Positions 13,189 to 27,321 of a stretch of 64,000 nt of DNA are shown in pieces (position 1 is the first letter of the stretch; each line of letters starts with the position of its first letter). The position numbers and the translations under genes were made by a program. The notes below the pieces were generated by a model, which was not told where the DNA came from, did no database searches, and worked only from the letters and a program-made list of their open reading frames with translations. The DNA is taken from the NCBI GenBank assembly GCA_965112155.1, contig OZ218103.1. One strand, 5' to 3'. The stretch is from Podarcis liolepis (lineage: Eukaryota).

Positions 13189-15114
13189 ATATGACTTACA
13201 ATGCAAAATACAGCAATAATATACTAAAAAGAAAGCAGCTTCTCACCAACCAGTCTGCAGTTCACAGATCAGTCACAGATCACGACAAAAAAACCTCTCC
13301 ATTTTTTGTCCAGCACTGAGGGGCACCATTAAGAAGGCTCTACCTATTGAGCTTTACCTATTGGCAGGAGTGCAAGAAGAATCTCTCATGCTGATTTAAT
13401 TCATGGGAACATTGGGATGGGTACAGGCCCTCCTTCAAATGAACTCATTTTGGGGAGGGGAAATAGTTTCATTCACTTTAAGGTAGATATAAGCTGGGGG
13501 GGGGCTTGCCCATCTCTACAGATAACATATAGGCTATTTACTCCTTCTATGTTACAAATCATTTATTTTTAAAAGATTCATTTTCTGCCATTCCACTCAT
13601 CGGGGCAATCAGGATTTGTTTTTACGTAAGCCCCACAATCCCAAATGCGCGCCAGAACGGAAATGTTTTAAGTCCTATAACTGTTGAAAGTGTAGGCTTA
13701 GCTGATCCTCCTAGGGAGGAAGGAACAACTAGACCTCAATAGCCAACAGGCTTGCCTTTGAAGGCAAAGGTATCTGGATGACACAAGGCCTCCTTTTAGG
13801 AAGGCAGCACTGCAAAATGGTGGCACTTCATATGTGAGGAGACATTTTCTGTGGTATCAATTTTGGTTTTAAAAGCCATAAACAGCATCTCAGTGGTGTT
13901 CAGAAACTCACGGGCAGCCTGTGACACACACTGAAGAGTGGGATAATGTCCTTTCAGCTACTAAGTCCACTGAATAGCCTGATCACAATATGATGGACCA
14001 GGTGAATTGTCCATAAGTCTTGATACAGTTTTTAAAAATCTGTTTTCCATACACACGCAAACAGCAAATGTGCACACACACACATGCAAGGAAGACACAC
14101 AAAGGAGGGTGGAAGGGTATGACAGGCGCATGCGAGTAAGTTACAGATAGTCTGCTAGCTTAAAACTTTGAAAAATGTCAGTTATCAAGGAGCATATGTT
14201 AGCACTGCCCTTGGGCAGTCACAGAACACTACATTTACAAACAGAGAAAAACCAATTTAAATCACTCAGTACATTTGCATGCATTGTCTGAAAAGAAGGG
14301 TCTTAAAATCAAGATTAATATGCACATTTTTACCTCAGAGCCTCAGTGACAGGCAGAGGGAGGGCAGACTGCACTCAATGAGCTGTGCAGAAGAGACGCA
14401 CAAAACAAGAAGCACTGGAGCTTCATGCCTCATGCAGGAAAGATAAGGATGTAGGATGTATTCTCCATTCTTAAATGGGAAGGAGTAAAGTTCAGTAGCA
14501 AGAAACCTAAGGGGACTAGGATATGTCTCTCCTGAACACACAGAGATCACTTTAGTAACCCACTGTGGGATGTACATACCTATTAAGCTATTCTGCAGTG
14601 TACTCTAAAATTGCCTGCGCCTATATTAGCCTCTCCCAAGCAGATACCTTCCACTTGTTGCTAGACTACAAGTCCTATTATCCCTGACCACAGGCCATTC
14701 TGGCTGGGGCTAATGGGAGCCCTAGTCTAAAGAATCTGGAAGTCATTGGACAGGGGATCAGTGAACTAAATTCTTCCTTACAAAAACATGAATACAACTA
14801 CAGTATTAGGCAAATAAATACATAGGTGGCAATGAGGCCTTGCTCTCAGAGTCTGAGCTGGACTATCCTAACAAAAAAAGAGAAAGTTTAATATAGCTGT
14901 CATTTTCTTCCCCCAAGAAAGTCACTGGAAGATGCTATTTAGCTGCTCTGGTAACCAGGAAAAGCAATACATGAAGAGGTGGTGCCATTCCCATTGCACT
15001 TGGTGAGTTGGAGGTGACTCTCTGATGCAGAGACCTGCTTCTACTCATTTGGGCTCCTCAAGCAATGTTAAACTCAAATTTTCTAGGGGTCTACATTGCG
15101 TGGGAAGCTTCCAT

Positions 15115-15358
15115 GAGCACTGGAAGTTCCCTGATTCAGGCACTCATCCTCTAACTTGGATGGCTTCAAAAAGAGCATCAGTCAAACTGATGGAGGATAA
15201 TGCTATCCATGGCTACTAGTCATGATGAAAACGTTCTACCTCCACTGTCAGAGGCAGCATGCCTCTGAATACCAGTTCCTGAGAATCACAAGTGAGCAGA
15301 TCACTCTTGTGCTCAGGTACTGCTTTTGGGATTCCCAAAGGCATCTGGCTGGCCATGC
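15115..15358 (+). mobile_element. CR1-type 3' region
   Basis: AACTTGGATGGCTTCAAAAAGAG...ATGGAGGATAA...TGCCTCTGAATACCAGTT...CTCTTGTGCTCAGG; shares this block with 42930-43095. Confidence 0.65.
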
Positions 15359-16229
15359 CTTATTCACACAAGGTGTGTTCCAATTCCAAGCTGGCTCTTG
15401 AAAGCTACAAAATGATTCTGATTTCTATGCACTTGTCATTTTTCTAGCAAATGTGCTGACAGCTTTCTCTAGCCTCAGTGCTTTCTCCATCATTCAAATC
15501 GGTTTAAAACACTCACTGCCAAACTAGTAGTGCTTCATAGGGCTGTCCTCAATGTTATTATATAGATAGAGCTATTACAAATAGTCACTTCCAAAATGTC
15601 ACTTTGTAAACACTAAAAGTGTCCTAAAATAATAGAATTGCCATTGATCTTTTGGTGTCCCTAATTCAATAAAACACTCAAGTGGAATAGGCTTTCTGAT
15701 TAAAGAGTAATTTAAATGCAATTAATTTTATAAAGGTCATTCTTATTTTACTACTGTATTTTGATTCTAATATAAGGAACTTTAGGGTCTCATGTCTCTC
15801 TGGTTTTTCATATTCTTGATTTTGCAGCTTAGAGATGACCTTTTGTCAACATATAATCTTGCATGTCATTGCATTATTATGTACCTTAAGCCTGTAGTTT
15901 TGTTGTGACCTCACAGTTGGTTTGTCTGAGAAATATTGAAGTCCTGTGCATATGCTTTAGCACCCTTCTCATTTTTTTCTATCTAGAATGGCTCCCAAAT
16001 TTATCTCCAATCCAAAAACATGAAGAAACCCTAAGTACTGGCTAAGGTGAAGGCCTTTTTGGAATTGGAGGAGGATCCCCCCTCACACCCACAGACAAAG
16101 TCCAAAAATGCTTGCACATATGTAATGTAACAAGTGGGCACTAATTTTAACCACCTTCTGGCTAAAATGAGAAGCAAAATTGCCTTCTAGAGCATCCTCA
16201 GACATTTCTAGGAAACTCTAGCAGACTTT

Positions 16230-16558
16230 GTCAATTTTTGGATTTCCACAGAAGGGAACATGGTGGATTGAACGTCTTTTGTCGGCAGTCTGCCAACAGT
16301 AGATCATTGGTGGAAGGACTCTGAGTGAGAGACAGAGAACTGAATATCTCCCAGGGTGAGAGACTGGGAGAAGAAAAGTAAGTTCCCAGATGAAAGCTGG
16401 GAGGGTCTGTCACTTTTTGTGTGAGACAAGGATTAAGAGCTATCTTTGAGAGAGAGGAGTCTACGTTTTTCTTTTTCTCTTTCTGTTTTTATTTTGATTT
16501 AGATTAGTTTTTTATTGTATTATGAAAAGTCTTTAATAAAATCTTATAAAAAAGAAAG
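16230..16558 (+). mobile_element. Probable L1/Tx1-type LINE 3' end
   Basis: Purine-rich block, then a T-rich 3'UTR, AATAAA near 16535-16540 and an A-rich tail. No diagnostic peptide. Confidence 0.4.
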
Positions 16559-19500
16559 AGACTGTGTCCATTTTTATGAGTTTTGGTCTTTGCAGTGAAA
16601 TCTGTATGTATTTCACCTAAGCACCATTATGGCATAGAAATCAAAATTGTTGGGCTAAGATCTGGAGCTTGTGAGATATCTTAGTGTGCACCAAGATATT
16701 GCCTTACATATCCCAATTGTACCTGGCACAGTCAGGAAAAATGCCACCTGTTCACTATGCCAGAACGTTAGAGCATGCAAGGCACCTTTACTTTGTCTGG
16801 GACTAAACAGGGGATGTGCAAGGAAGCCAGCAGTGCATTTTTGCGCTGCATGTCCGGAGTGAGTTGTGATAGCTATTCTGCCTCCTACACTTCAATCCAT
16901 CATTTCTGTAGAGAAGAACTGATGCATCCCACCAAAACATTACAGAGTGGAAACACCGATTATCCCTAATGTTTTTGGCTTTCAGAAAATGTGTTAATAC
17001 AGCCAGAAGCTGCTGTGACATGTAGACACAGTCATTGTATTTTGTGAACTCAGATGGTGAGTCAGAGGCAGAGTGTGTGAAAGGCAAAGAATATCTTTCA
17101 AATATCTTATATTTGTAAAATGGCGATATGGTCATATCACAGGGCAAAGAAATTGAGATCCCTGCCCTTTTCTACAGAGTGAACTTTCGAACTTCTGAAA
17201 TCTACCCATTAATCCAAAAAAGAAGAAGCAATAATATTTTGGGTAGACATGGCTCTTAAGACACCAAACCTTTGTGGCACAGACTTAGTTCAGACCTTAA
17301 ATGAAAGTACACACTCTGTAGACGTTAAGAAAAATAGGACACTGGGCAAAATATATCCCAGCAGTCCAGGAAAGGCCAAATGTTCCTTTGGAGGTTATAA
17401 CAATTTCAGTGTATTTGTGCTGATAGTAGTCTTGAGTCATCTTGACAAAAGTACAGACTTTGGTTGAAATGTCAGGTCTCCCAGAGCCAAAGGTTAAGCT
17501 TTCAGAATGAGATAATCTTTGCTCTGCAATGTGTACAGAACCATTTGCACTTGGCACTTCGTTTATCATCCTATTCATTTAGTGTTTCTGGCAGGCAGTG
17601 CTCTGCTGGGAAACCTGTGGATTGAACCTCTCCAGTTCCCCCTCCCCTGGTTCACAGCTGGGAACAAATCAACGGATGATGATTACATTGTCAATGTACA
17701 TGGTGTCATGCAGAGTAACATGAACAAAACAGACAGGTCTCTGCCTTCAGGAGCATTCAATTTCAGCTCTTCAGTTGGGAAAATGGCAAAGGAGAAGTGA
17801 GCGAGGAAAGCTATAATAAAGAAGCAGATTTCCAGAATATGAGAATCATCTTAAGCAGGTACTCTTCCCTCTTCCGTGAGAGACTATTGAAATCCTCTGT
17901 TGAATTTCCTCATGATTTTAGGGCTGTGTATCATAATTACTGTAATCCGAGATGAATAATCTTTCTACTTGCCCTCCTTCTCAGACCCACCCATCACCCA
18001 TTTACCTCCTCCTCTACCATGCCTAGATCATGGTTCTGCCAGAAAAAGTGGCAAGGAGATTCCTTCCATTCTTGACACATAGCTCACTGCTATGGAAGCG
18101 ACTCAGGTGCCAAGGACCTTGGAAAGTGTAGGTTTCCTAGGTTACTTGACACTGAATAGGTGTACAATGGAGATTATATCTCACATGGTTGCTGAAAAGT
18201 CCGTTGCTTCTATGGCAGCAAGTGTGGGTAGGAAAAGATGGAGGTCACATTAGATTTGACAAGACCCTGGAGGCACTTGGAGGGTGAAGAGCAGTTCCCA
18301 ACCTACCCTTACTGCAGGCTGAGTTGCAGGGATTTTGAAAGGGAGCTGCCCATGGGTGGACCTACCCCACTGAATGCTAGCCAGTGGCGATGAAGTGGAG
18401 TATGGGGCTCAGTTGGCACTGAATCCAATCATCACCTCAGCTCCAGAACTGAGAAGACCTCTTCACACGTTACACTGAACACAACCTCTGCAATGTGTAC
18501 AAATGTTTGTGTGAAAAAACGTACACTTGTTATCTGGTACAGCTCAACTATTGCATACACAAACTTTACACACATTGAACATTGTATGTGATGAACTGTA
18601 CATGTGTGTACATCAACTGCTTGTGTACATAGGTACACAGACACACACTCATTGCAAACAACATGTGAATACCCCTAGGGTGGTTGTCTATTGAGTGGAT
18701 GCCCGGAAGGATCTGTGAATTGGGGCAGAGTTCTTGTTTCCTATGAATACCAGAAACTCTCTCTAATTGTGTCTGTGCAGCATTTAAGCAGTACACTGTA
18801 CAGTTGAATACTTTGTTTAAATGGTTTGTGTCCCCATTGGATAATCTCTTATGTGAGCTCCTTTATATCAATAACAGTAAGAAATTATTGATTTTTTTCT
18901 AAAGCCATTAAGTTCAATTAGCTTTACAATTCAAATGGAAAAAGATGGCAAATTACCTTCACTGGATGGTTTAAAAAGTACAGAAAATAAAAAACCACCC
19001 TAATTTGTGAAGGATGAGATTAAAGTGGTAAAGGTAAAACAAATAAATGCATATTAACATAATGGTTCTAATCAGCATCATCTGGCATTTAAAACTACCA
19101 TCATTATGCTTACTGGACTGTGGAGCAATAAGGAATTCTGAAGCTGTTTACCCATTTAATGCTAAGAGTATATTAAAGTAGGATAAATAATAAGCAATGG
19201 GAATAAACAGTAGGAAGAGAGAGAAACTATGCTGCCGAGGCATGAAGTACTGCATATTGTAGGTTTAGATAAAATGAAGTATTTGACAGAGAGACCTAGT
19301 GTGGTGGAATTAAATCCCACCACCACCCACACTTAATACATTCTCCCCGCCCCCCTCTCATGTGTCTGTGTGTATCAAATCTTTAACTAAATATAATTTA
19401 TTTATTAGTTGGTAAATCAATACCCCATCTTTCCCCCAAGGGTACTGTACATATTTTCCTCATTGCTTTATTCACAACAATCCTGTGGAAGTAGATCAGA

Positions 19501-22500
19501 CTAAGAGATTGGGGGAGGGGTAGGCTGAGGTCACCCAGCAAGTTTCAGAAATAGTTATAGTTAACATGCAAGGCTGATCCAAGCATTTTTATACAGAGCA
19601 CAGCCTCTCTTCTGAAGTTGTTGGGACTTAACTCAATTGTCAATACAATTGCAGGTCTAGAAAGTTTGGTAAGTATGCAGTCAAGGATAGTTCAACAAGG
19701 GATGTGTGAAAATAGGGCATTTATATAACTGTTCCTCAGGCAGGGGGACCCACAACATGCCTTGTTCCAGGGTCTTTCATTCTATACAAGAAACAGGAAT
19801 TTGATACATATATAGCTCAAAGCATGCTAATTGTTCGGAAAGCCTAGAAGGTTTAGCATTTGTTCATGTTTTGTGAAACATACCCCAGTGTAATTGAGGT
19901 ACATTTCGTGCATAACTTCCCAGGGGTCTTTGATATTTATGTACCAAACTTCAACATATGAGAAAAGGTCAGGAAATGGGACATACCTTTGACTGTCAGA
20001 AAACCCAATGCCTGTAATCTCTATTTCTCCCCTATGTGGTAAGAAGCAATTGTATGGGTTGTCTGCATTGGGGCTGCAATGTGAAGGAGGTGCAAGAGTT
20101 AAACCCCTCCCCTAGTGCTGCAGCTGAACAGAAATGCATTTCATTGTGTCTGTTTCAATGAATGAAAAAGAAGTTTGAAGAACCAGCCATGGATTTCCTG
20201 TATTGTGATGTGTTTGGGCTTGGCTTTCAAAACTAGGCCTTAGATGAAATGTCTTGCAAAGGAGGATTTCCCTTGCCTTTTTATGAAGCAATGTTTTTAG
20301 CTAATGTTCAACACCGTATAAAATCTTAGAGAGAAGAAAAACAGCGTCCTGTAAATAACAGCAAATATGTTGTACAAAACCGCAGTCCCCTTCTCAGTTA
20401 GATTTGTCACTGTGTTCACAAATCTGCATTTTTTAAAGATTACTGGAAATCATGCGGAGTTCTTAACGTTTATTTTCAATTACTATTCCCATGGGAAAAT
20501 AAAGCTACAGCTTTTAATTCATCTTCCAATAACATACAAAAAAAGAGCAAGAGCAAGAGAGCAGAATTTATGCTTTTTTATTTCCCCCCAACAGATTTGG
20601 AAAAACCTCTGCAATGAAATCTCCCTCAAAGTTAAGATTTCATCACAAGCCACTTACCTTCATACAAGTTTCACAGGCAGCACTCATTGCCTGGCTAATT
20701 GGGCTTATCTGTCCTATATTAAGACATTCAAAAAGAAATGGCATATGCCACACCTTGGAAGGTCCTTCACGATGCCCCTAAATGTGATATATATTGCCAT
20801 AAACTGTTCGGTTTTGTGCAGGATTGTGAGAAGTGAATTCCTTGCTTTCAAGAAAGTGCATCTACTCGGAAGGCCTTGCTATCCTGTCATTTCAGTTCCC
20901 AATTGAATTCTTGCTATTGATTTCCTCTGAGGCAGTGATCAGACACAATGAGTGAACAAAGCAACCATCCAGCCAGACCCAAACCTACAATCAAGTAGAA
21001 TTGGAACTCCTGTGTTAATTTAATTTCTAGTGATCCAGCAGCTAGGTTGGTTTCTATTAGAAGTGAATCTATCTTCTCTAATCCATTGTGTACGAATCAC
21101 AGATATGAATGTTTCATGTAAGAGGGAACCCCAGTCACTGAAGCCTTCACCCCAGATGCTTCAGCAATGGGATATCAGCTTTCATCAGGGGTTCCCTGGC
21201 AACACATACATGCCTAAAGGGAGCTGTATCATTTCCCCTATAAAATGGGAGCTCCACCGAATGGGCGGATGTTTTTCTTGGAGAGCCAAACAAGCTACAG
21301 GGCAGGAGAAAAGTTGCACTAGCTTATGGCACAGAAACAAGTCCTTGGTATTTTATTTCATTTTTTAAAAAGCTGTACAAAAACAGCCTTGAAAATTATG
21401 GGTGATATTTGGGAATTCAAAATTTCTAGAAATTGGTTTAACTATGATTTGTGTGACAAAATTGTGCATACCTATGGCAGCCATGGAATGACTGGGGAGT
21501 TGGCCCATTTCTGTACAGATCCATGATCAAATTTGTACCAAGCTTCTGCCAAAATTGTAGTGTCTCCTTCTGAACAAGGTGTAATCCAGAACTTGGGAAG
21601 ACTAAAGTCCTCTTCAGATGTTCCTTTCTCCACCTGCTTAACATAGAATTGATGGGACTTCCCACAATGGAGTGTCTGTTCTACTTGTGCTGCAGTTAGC
21701 CTCCCCCAACCTGATGCTAGCTGGGACTGATGGGAGTTGTAATCCAAAACATCTAGAGGGCACCAGAAATGGAGGGGGGGCTGCTCTAACTCATGGAGGG
21801 TAATGGGGATAGTTATTCCCACTTCCTCATCTATGAGTTAATCACATAGATAAAGGGACAACCAAGGAAGACCTAATAATTCTGAGGCCATAGCAAATAA
21901 GATTCTAATTATATAACACAGAGATGAAAGTACTCTTGCAGACCACTCCTACAGATATTTGTTCAAAGTAAAATGACCCGAGTTTAATGGGACTTACTCC
22001 TAAGTGACAGTACATAGGACTGAGATATATAATTTGGTATTTATATTTGGCATTTTTTATTGTATTGTAATTTGGAATGTTTTGATGTAGTTTTTATTGG
22101 ATTATTAAAATGGAAAACTCAATAAATATATTTTTTTTAAAGAGTACATGGGATTGCAGCCTTTGTCAGGCTCACACATAATGGTTGTCATTTCACACAG
22201 TCCTAGGTATGCTGTTTTGGTGGGGCTGGGAGGAGAAAATAGTGATTACCAGACAGTAAGGCAAAATCAGGACCCTGGTCAGCTCCTATTGGGCCCTTTA
22301 GGCTGATAAAAAGGCTTTGTCTCAGCAGATGGCTAGTTATCTGAAGGCTTCCAGGAGAGTGGAATGAGTTTCCCCTCCAATGGTTCTACCTCCTTAAGAA
22401 AGCTGTATGCAATTTAAAGGGTCTGTAGTGCATACTCCTATGTGCAGTGGATCAGGATTAGCTGCAGGGGAGTCAGACTCTGTGGAAGACAGGAGAGCTA

Positions 22501-24352
22501 CATGCTTAGGCCATTCAGTATAGAAGGGAGTGTTGAGGGTGCCTCCTCAAGTTGGGAAACTGGTGCATCATCATCTCAGTCCAAGTTCTCCTCAAACCTG
22601 CTCTAGGAATCTGATATAGAGGCCACAAAAGTGGCTGTTCTATATGCAATGGCCAGTTAACCATGTGGTTCACTGAATGGCTTACTTCTGCCCCATAATA
22701 TGTGCCATGTGGAGTACTTTCAATTTAGAGTGGCCCTGATGTGGCAGCCATAAATTTGTAGATAGGCATTTTAGCTATGCTGTTTCTTGATGGTTTATTC
22801 TGGTAAGTAAAACAAACCAAAACCTCCCAAGTATGAATTTGATACAAGGCAAATTTCCTCACCACAGTTCCATCGCTCAGTCCAAACCTTTCATTTCAGT
22901 TGCATCTCTATGCAAAATCCATTGCAAAATGCAAAGGAAACTATCTACAGAGTGTGGGGGGGGGGGGGAATTGCCTTTCCTTTACAAATGCTTTTCCAGT
23001 TAGCTGTTCCTCCAAGGAGCTCATTATCACCTCCTTTCCTCCTCACACCAAACGTATGAGGTAGGTTAGGCTATAAAATAGTGACTGGTCCAATATTCCC
23101 CTGTAAGTTTCATGGCTAAGTAGGGATTCAAACCCAGATCTTCCTAGTTTAATTACTGCATTGTGCTGTACATGTTGCACAGTCTCAGAGTGCTGCACAA
23201 GTTAGCATAACTCATTATCTACAGAGGTTTGGTTACGCCCTCTCTTTTATGCTTCAGGTGAGCAGACAGAAGACCTTTTTATTTCACCAAGGTTTTTCTG
23301 CAGGTCAGGGTTCTGTCTACCTATTTTTACACCAAATTGATTTATCCTGCTCTTTGGCTTTAATGTATGAAATTGATTCTAGTAATTCAGACTATTTTTA
23401 TTGCAGCCTGGGCTGTTTTTATTGTGGTTGTTTGGCTTATGCATAGAGAGGGGGAGAGACTTTCATTTTATAAAGAATTGTGGGGTGTACTTTTATATAC
23501 ATAGAAGCACATGCCCCATCCCGTAAATGGGACCCGTCTTTTTAATGTGTATACTATAAATACATGTTAAACTAGGACACTCTTGTATCTGGGCTTTTTG
23601 TCACTGTTGTTTGTTTCATCATTTTATTTCACTTCCCTATGTTGGTCACATTGATTTCCCCCCCTTCCTTTCTTCCTTAGCCGAAATCATTCATAATGGG
23701 TGGGTAACAAGCATCCATCCCAGATTTCAAACCCACAATGAGATATCATCTAGAGGTTCAGTATTGATTTAATTTCCAAGAAACATAGCCAATTTTAATG
23801 GGGTAAACTGTTGCTTCCATAGGTGTCAGAGGAGCACTTCCAATCTAATACTTTGAGAGAAATTGTGTGTAAGAATTGATTTCCAGATGTTAAGTTGCTC
23901 TCAGTGCCAATGCAAAATCTATTTCTGAAGGCAGCAAGTGTGAAATTCAAATGTGCAGTGGAAAATACCTGAGTTAGAGGTTATCCCCCCCCCTTCCAGA
24001 TTCAGCTTCTCTAACTTTTGCACATTTTTTCAAACATTAAATCCATGGATATGATTGATTCATTCCAGTATATATTTATTATACTTTCAGGTATGTGTTT
24101 TGTAGTAGTAGTAGTTTTTTAAAAATAAAAAACCCCATCATTTCATTGCAGACTTTGCCAGCAATGGATGACATTCTTATTAGTACACATCTTAGACACT
24201 AGTCAAAACCAAAGAAGGCTACACACACACTTACACTTTTGCAGGATCATAAATCCCCTGAAAAAGGAAGGTAGTATTCAGCAACTTTCAAGAGAAGGGT
24301 GAATTTAAATAAATATTAGGCATTATGTTTAAATTGCTCATTTGTTCATTTG

Positions 24353-24782
24353 TGTCAGGGAACTGACATCGGAGCCAGAGGCGGAGGGAAGGCTCTCAAG
24401 TGATGCTGGAGAGGGACCCAGCAGGGAGAGAGGCAGCTCAGCTGGGGAAGGAAATCAGCGCAACACCAGGGATAAAGGGGGGTGGATGGGGGAATCGGCG
24501 AGAGGGCTCCAGGACTCTTTGCTGGACACCAGCAGGGAGAGCACGGGTCCTCCGCTACCCACACCCTCCCTGCGCAGAAGACTTCCGCGCAGGGAGAGTA
24601 GGAGGAGACTTGGCGTCAAACAACTTTTATGCTGGAAAAGGTTTAAGAAACACCCACTGACGGATTCTGCTAGCGACTGAGGCAGCCACGAAGTGATGGG
24701 CTGTCCAGACAGGAAAGGTTTAACAAGCCAACTTAGCCAGGAGTGGCGGTAACTTACGCATGAGCAACCCATATTCATTACA
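24353..24782. mobile_element. Solo LTR (Gypsy/Ty3-like), 430 bp
   Basis: TG...CA termini (TGTCAGGG...CATTACA). Exact 5-bp TSD ATTTG at 24348-24352 and 24783-24787. GC-richer than flanks with retained CpGs. Superfamily assignment is inferred from TSD length. Confidence 0.82.
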
Positions 24783-25444
24783 ATTTGTTACAGTTAGATA
24801 CTACTCATCCAACCAGGTTCTCTAGACAGGTCACACAGCCAATGAAATACAAAATGCAATTCACAATAAAATCCCTTCACAATACCCACCCCCCTTGCAA
24901 AGTCACAAAGCAGAAAACAATGTGATTGGGTTTTTCTCTCTCATTATCATTTAACAAAAGGAACAAGAGTAGCCATCTTTACACACACACTCCCCCAACA
25001 TGTTTCTGGGAATGGCACTATATCATGAGGTAGGGCATTCTACTCAGGGAACAAGGTGATGCTGCTGAGAGCTGGCATGCTAACCCTTGAAGTAGCAGCA
25101 AGATTGTTGTAAATGTTTTGTTCAAAGAAAAGGGGAGTGGAACCTTGGCCACCTTGTATTTAAGGCAATACAAAAATTTTGTGACCAACAGAATTGATCC
25201 GAGGAATGGAGAACACCTCCTATCACCAAAAATATTGCCCTAGATCCACCCAATTTGAGTCATCACTGAACACCATTCACAACTGTCTAGCAAGTTCAAG
25301 GACTAGAAACATGGGATTGATAAAATAAATGGAACCTAGAATTTCAATGCCCTGGTCAAACAATTGCATGTGTGGGTCGGTTCAGAAGAACAGGCCAGCT
25401 CACCTCCCATAGGCAATACCCAGGATTCTTAACATTGATTGGGA

Positions 25445-25625
25445 AGGGCTGTAGCTCAGTAGGCCATCTGCTTTGCATGCAGAAGGTTCCCGGTTAAATC
25501 CTTGGCATCTCTAAGTAGGCCTGGGAATGGTCTTCTATCAGAAACCCTAAGGAACAACAGTTAGTCTGAGCAAACAATACAGTATGTAGCTAGATGGACC
25601 AATGGTTTGACTCAGTAAAGGGCAG

Positions 25626-25630
<5 letters not shown>
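25445..25630 (+). mobile_element. tRNA-derived SINE, about 190 bp (Squam2-like)
   Basis: tRNA-like head GGGCTGTAGCTCAGT...CTGCTTTGCATGCAGAAGGTTCCCGGTTAAATCC and CR1-like tail GCTAGATGGACCAATGGTTTGACTCAGTA. An eroded relative lies at about 31685-31805. Confidence 0.75.

Positions 25631-25703
<73 letters not shown>
25629..25703. repeat. (TG)n(AG)n compound microsatellite
   Basis: Directly visible; abuts the SINE tail. Confidence 0.97.
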
Positions 25704-25708
<5 letters not shown>

Positions 25709-27213
25709 CGCACATGGGGCAGAACCACACATAGGAAATCTGGTCAATTGGTAGTCTCTTTCCAAGCAATTCAACTTCCTCTTCATCTTTAAGCCTTTTC
25801 ATGGTAACAAGGGCTACAATTACAGTACAAAATGGTTTAATGGAAATATACCTTCAACCTAGCAGGAAAAAATTATATCCCTATAATACAACACTGCAAA
25901 TAGGACAGTTCTGCAGTGTTCATACAAGCCCTTATACCTACATACTCACTAAGTACACTGATGGCTCCCAGCAGGTATAGATTTACTGCCTAGTGTTCAT
26001 TCCCCCTTAGTAATAATATCAATTTGGCTGTTAGTTTTTGTTTTGACTTGGTCTTTAAGAACCAGCAGGGCAGTAAAGCTATTTAAATGGAAATCCCAGT
26101 CAAATGTATAGTTCTCTGACTGAACAATGAGCAGCTCCTGATCCTTAACGTTTCTTATATAATAGTTGGCTCCTTTGTCCAGATTAAATGTTGAGATGTG
26201 ATTAACATTTAGCACTCATATGCCATACTTGCAACATTTAAGAATAGAAAATAAGAATGAAGTTTTGTTAAATGTGATAGTTTTTTACAGTGAAAAGAAC
26301 AAAGTATTGCTGCAATTTTGAGTTGCAGTCCTTTCTTGCTGCCTTAGTAATATTCTGTCTGCCAAGAGAAAACCATAACCATTAAATAAAATTTATGGGC
26401 ATGAATGTGAAAAGCATAGGATGGGATCTATGCACTAATCACGAAGCAGGGTGGACTTTTTGAAAACAGTTGGGTTAAGGTAATTCATGACTACTTAAAT
26501 CCACTGATTTCCATGCAAGCGTATCATAATTGGGTATCACCAATCACATTTCACTAGCTTCATAAACTGTGGGCAGAGCTATTGGTTTCACAGGGGGCTA
26601 CCACCAAAACGGTATCCAATCTCATGCATAGATTTCATATTGAGTGTGCTCCCCACTCTGTAACATGTCAATGATCACCACACAGCATGATGTTGCAAGA
26701 TAGCCTCTTCCTGTGGTGACACAGCACTCCAAACAAATATGCTGTTTACAGGGGATTCTCAATATCACATGGTTCCATATTGAAAGATTCTATTGGGAAC
26801 AAAATGGTGCGATATTTTGCATTCTTTTTTTTTAAAGAAAAAATGCAAGTACTACAAAATATTTAATATGATATTGGTGCTGTAATAATGAAAATATTAA
26901 TGAAAGCAAGTTGGAATGATGGTAAATGCCCTGTGGACATGGGATGTTGCTGGAGTGGGGTGTTGCTGTACATACAGGGGCTGATAGAAATAAGTCATTG
27001 GGTTGTATTCAACATAGCCCTAATGTAAACATACTGTCAGACAGGAATTTTTCCTTGTGATAAAGAATTTTCTCGTCTCCCCCACCCCCGCTACATGCCC
27101 CCTAAATCTATTCCAGTGGTTCTTTCAACTCTCCATAGCAGTTTTGGGGACAGCTCAGTGTGAACATGGTGGGAAGAGAGGAGGGAAATCCACTTGTGCT
27201 AGTGCCAATCCTT

Positions 27214-27321
27214 GTTGTTGTTGTTGTTTAGTCATTTAGTCGTGTCTGACTTTTCGTGACCCCATGGACCAGAGCACGCCAGGCACTCCTGTCTTCCACT
27301 GCCTCCCGCAGTTTGGTCAAA
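27214..27321 (-). mobile_element. 5'-truncated Bov-B/RTE-type LINE 3' end
   Basis: Minus strand reads GACAGGAGTGCCTGGCGTGCTCTGGTCCATGGGGTCACGAAAAGTCAGACACGACTAA then a (CAA)n tail, the Bov-B 3' terminus. Exact 13-bp TSD AGTGCCAATCCTT at 27201-27213 and 27322-27334. Confidence 0.88.

Noticed and set aside
16465-16560. U-rich then A-rich tracts resembling a MALAT1-type triple helix
   Set aside because: No downstream tRNA-like (mascRNA) structure; better explained as a LINE 3'UTR plus poly(A) tail.
16985-17245. Plus-strand exon-like segments with splice signals
   Set aside because: The first segment has stops in all three frames, and no coherent or recognisable product results.
20367-20906. 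179-aa ORF
   Set aside because: No recognisable domain and composition typical of AT-rich non-coding DNA.
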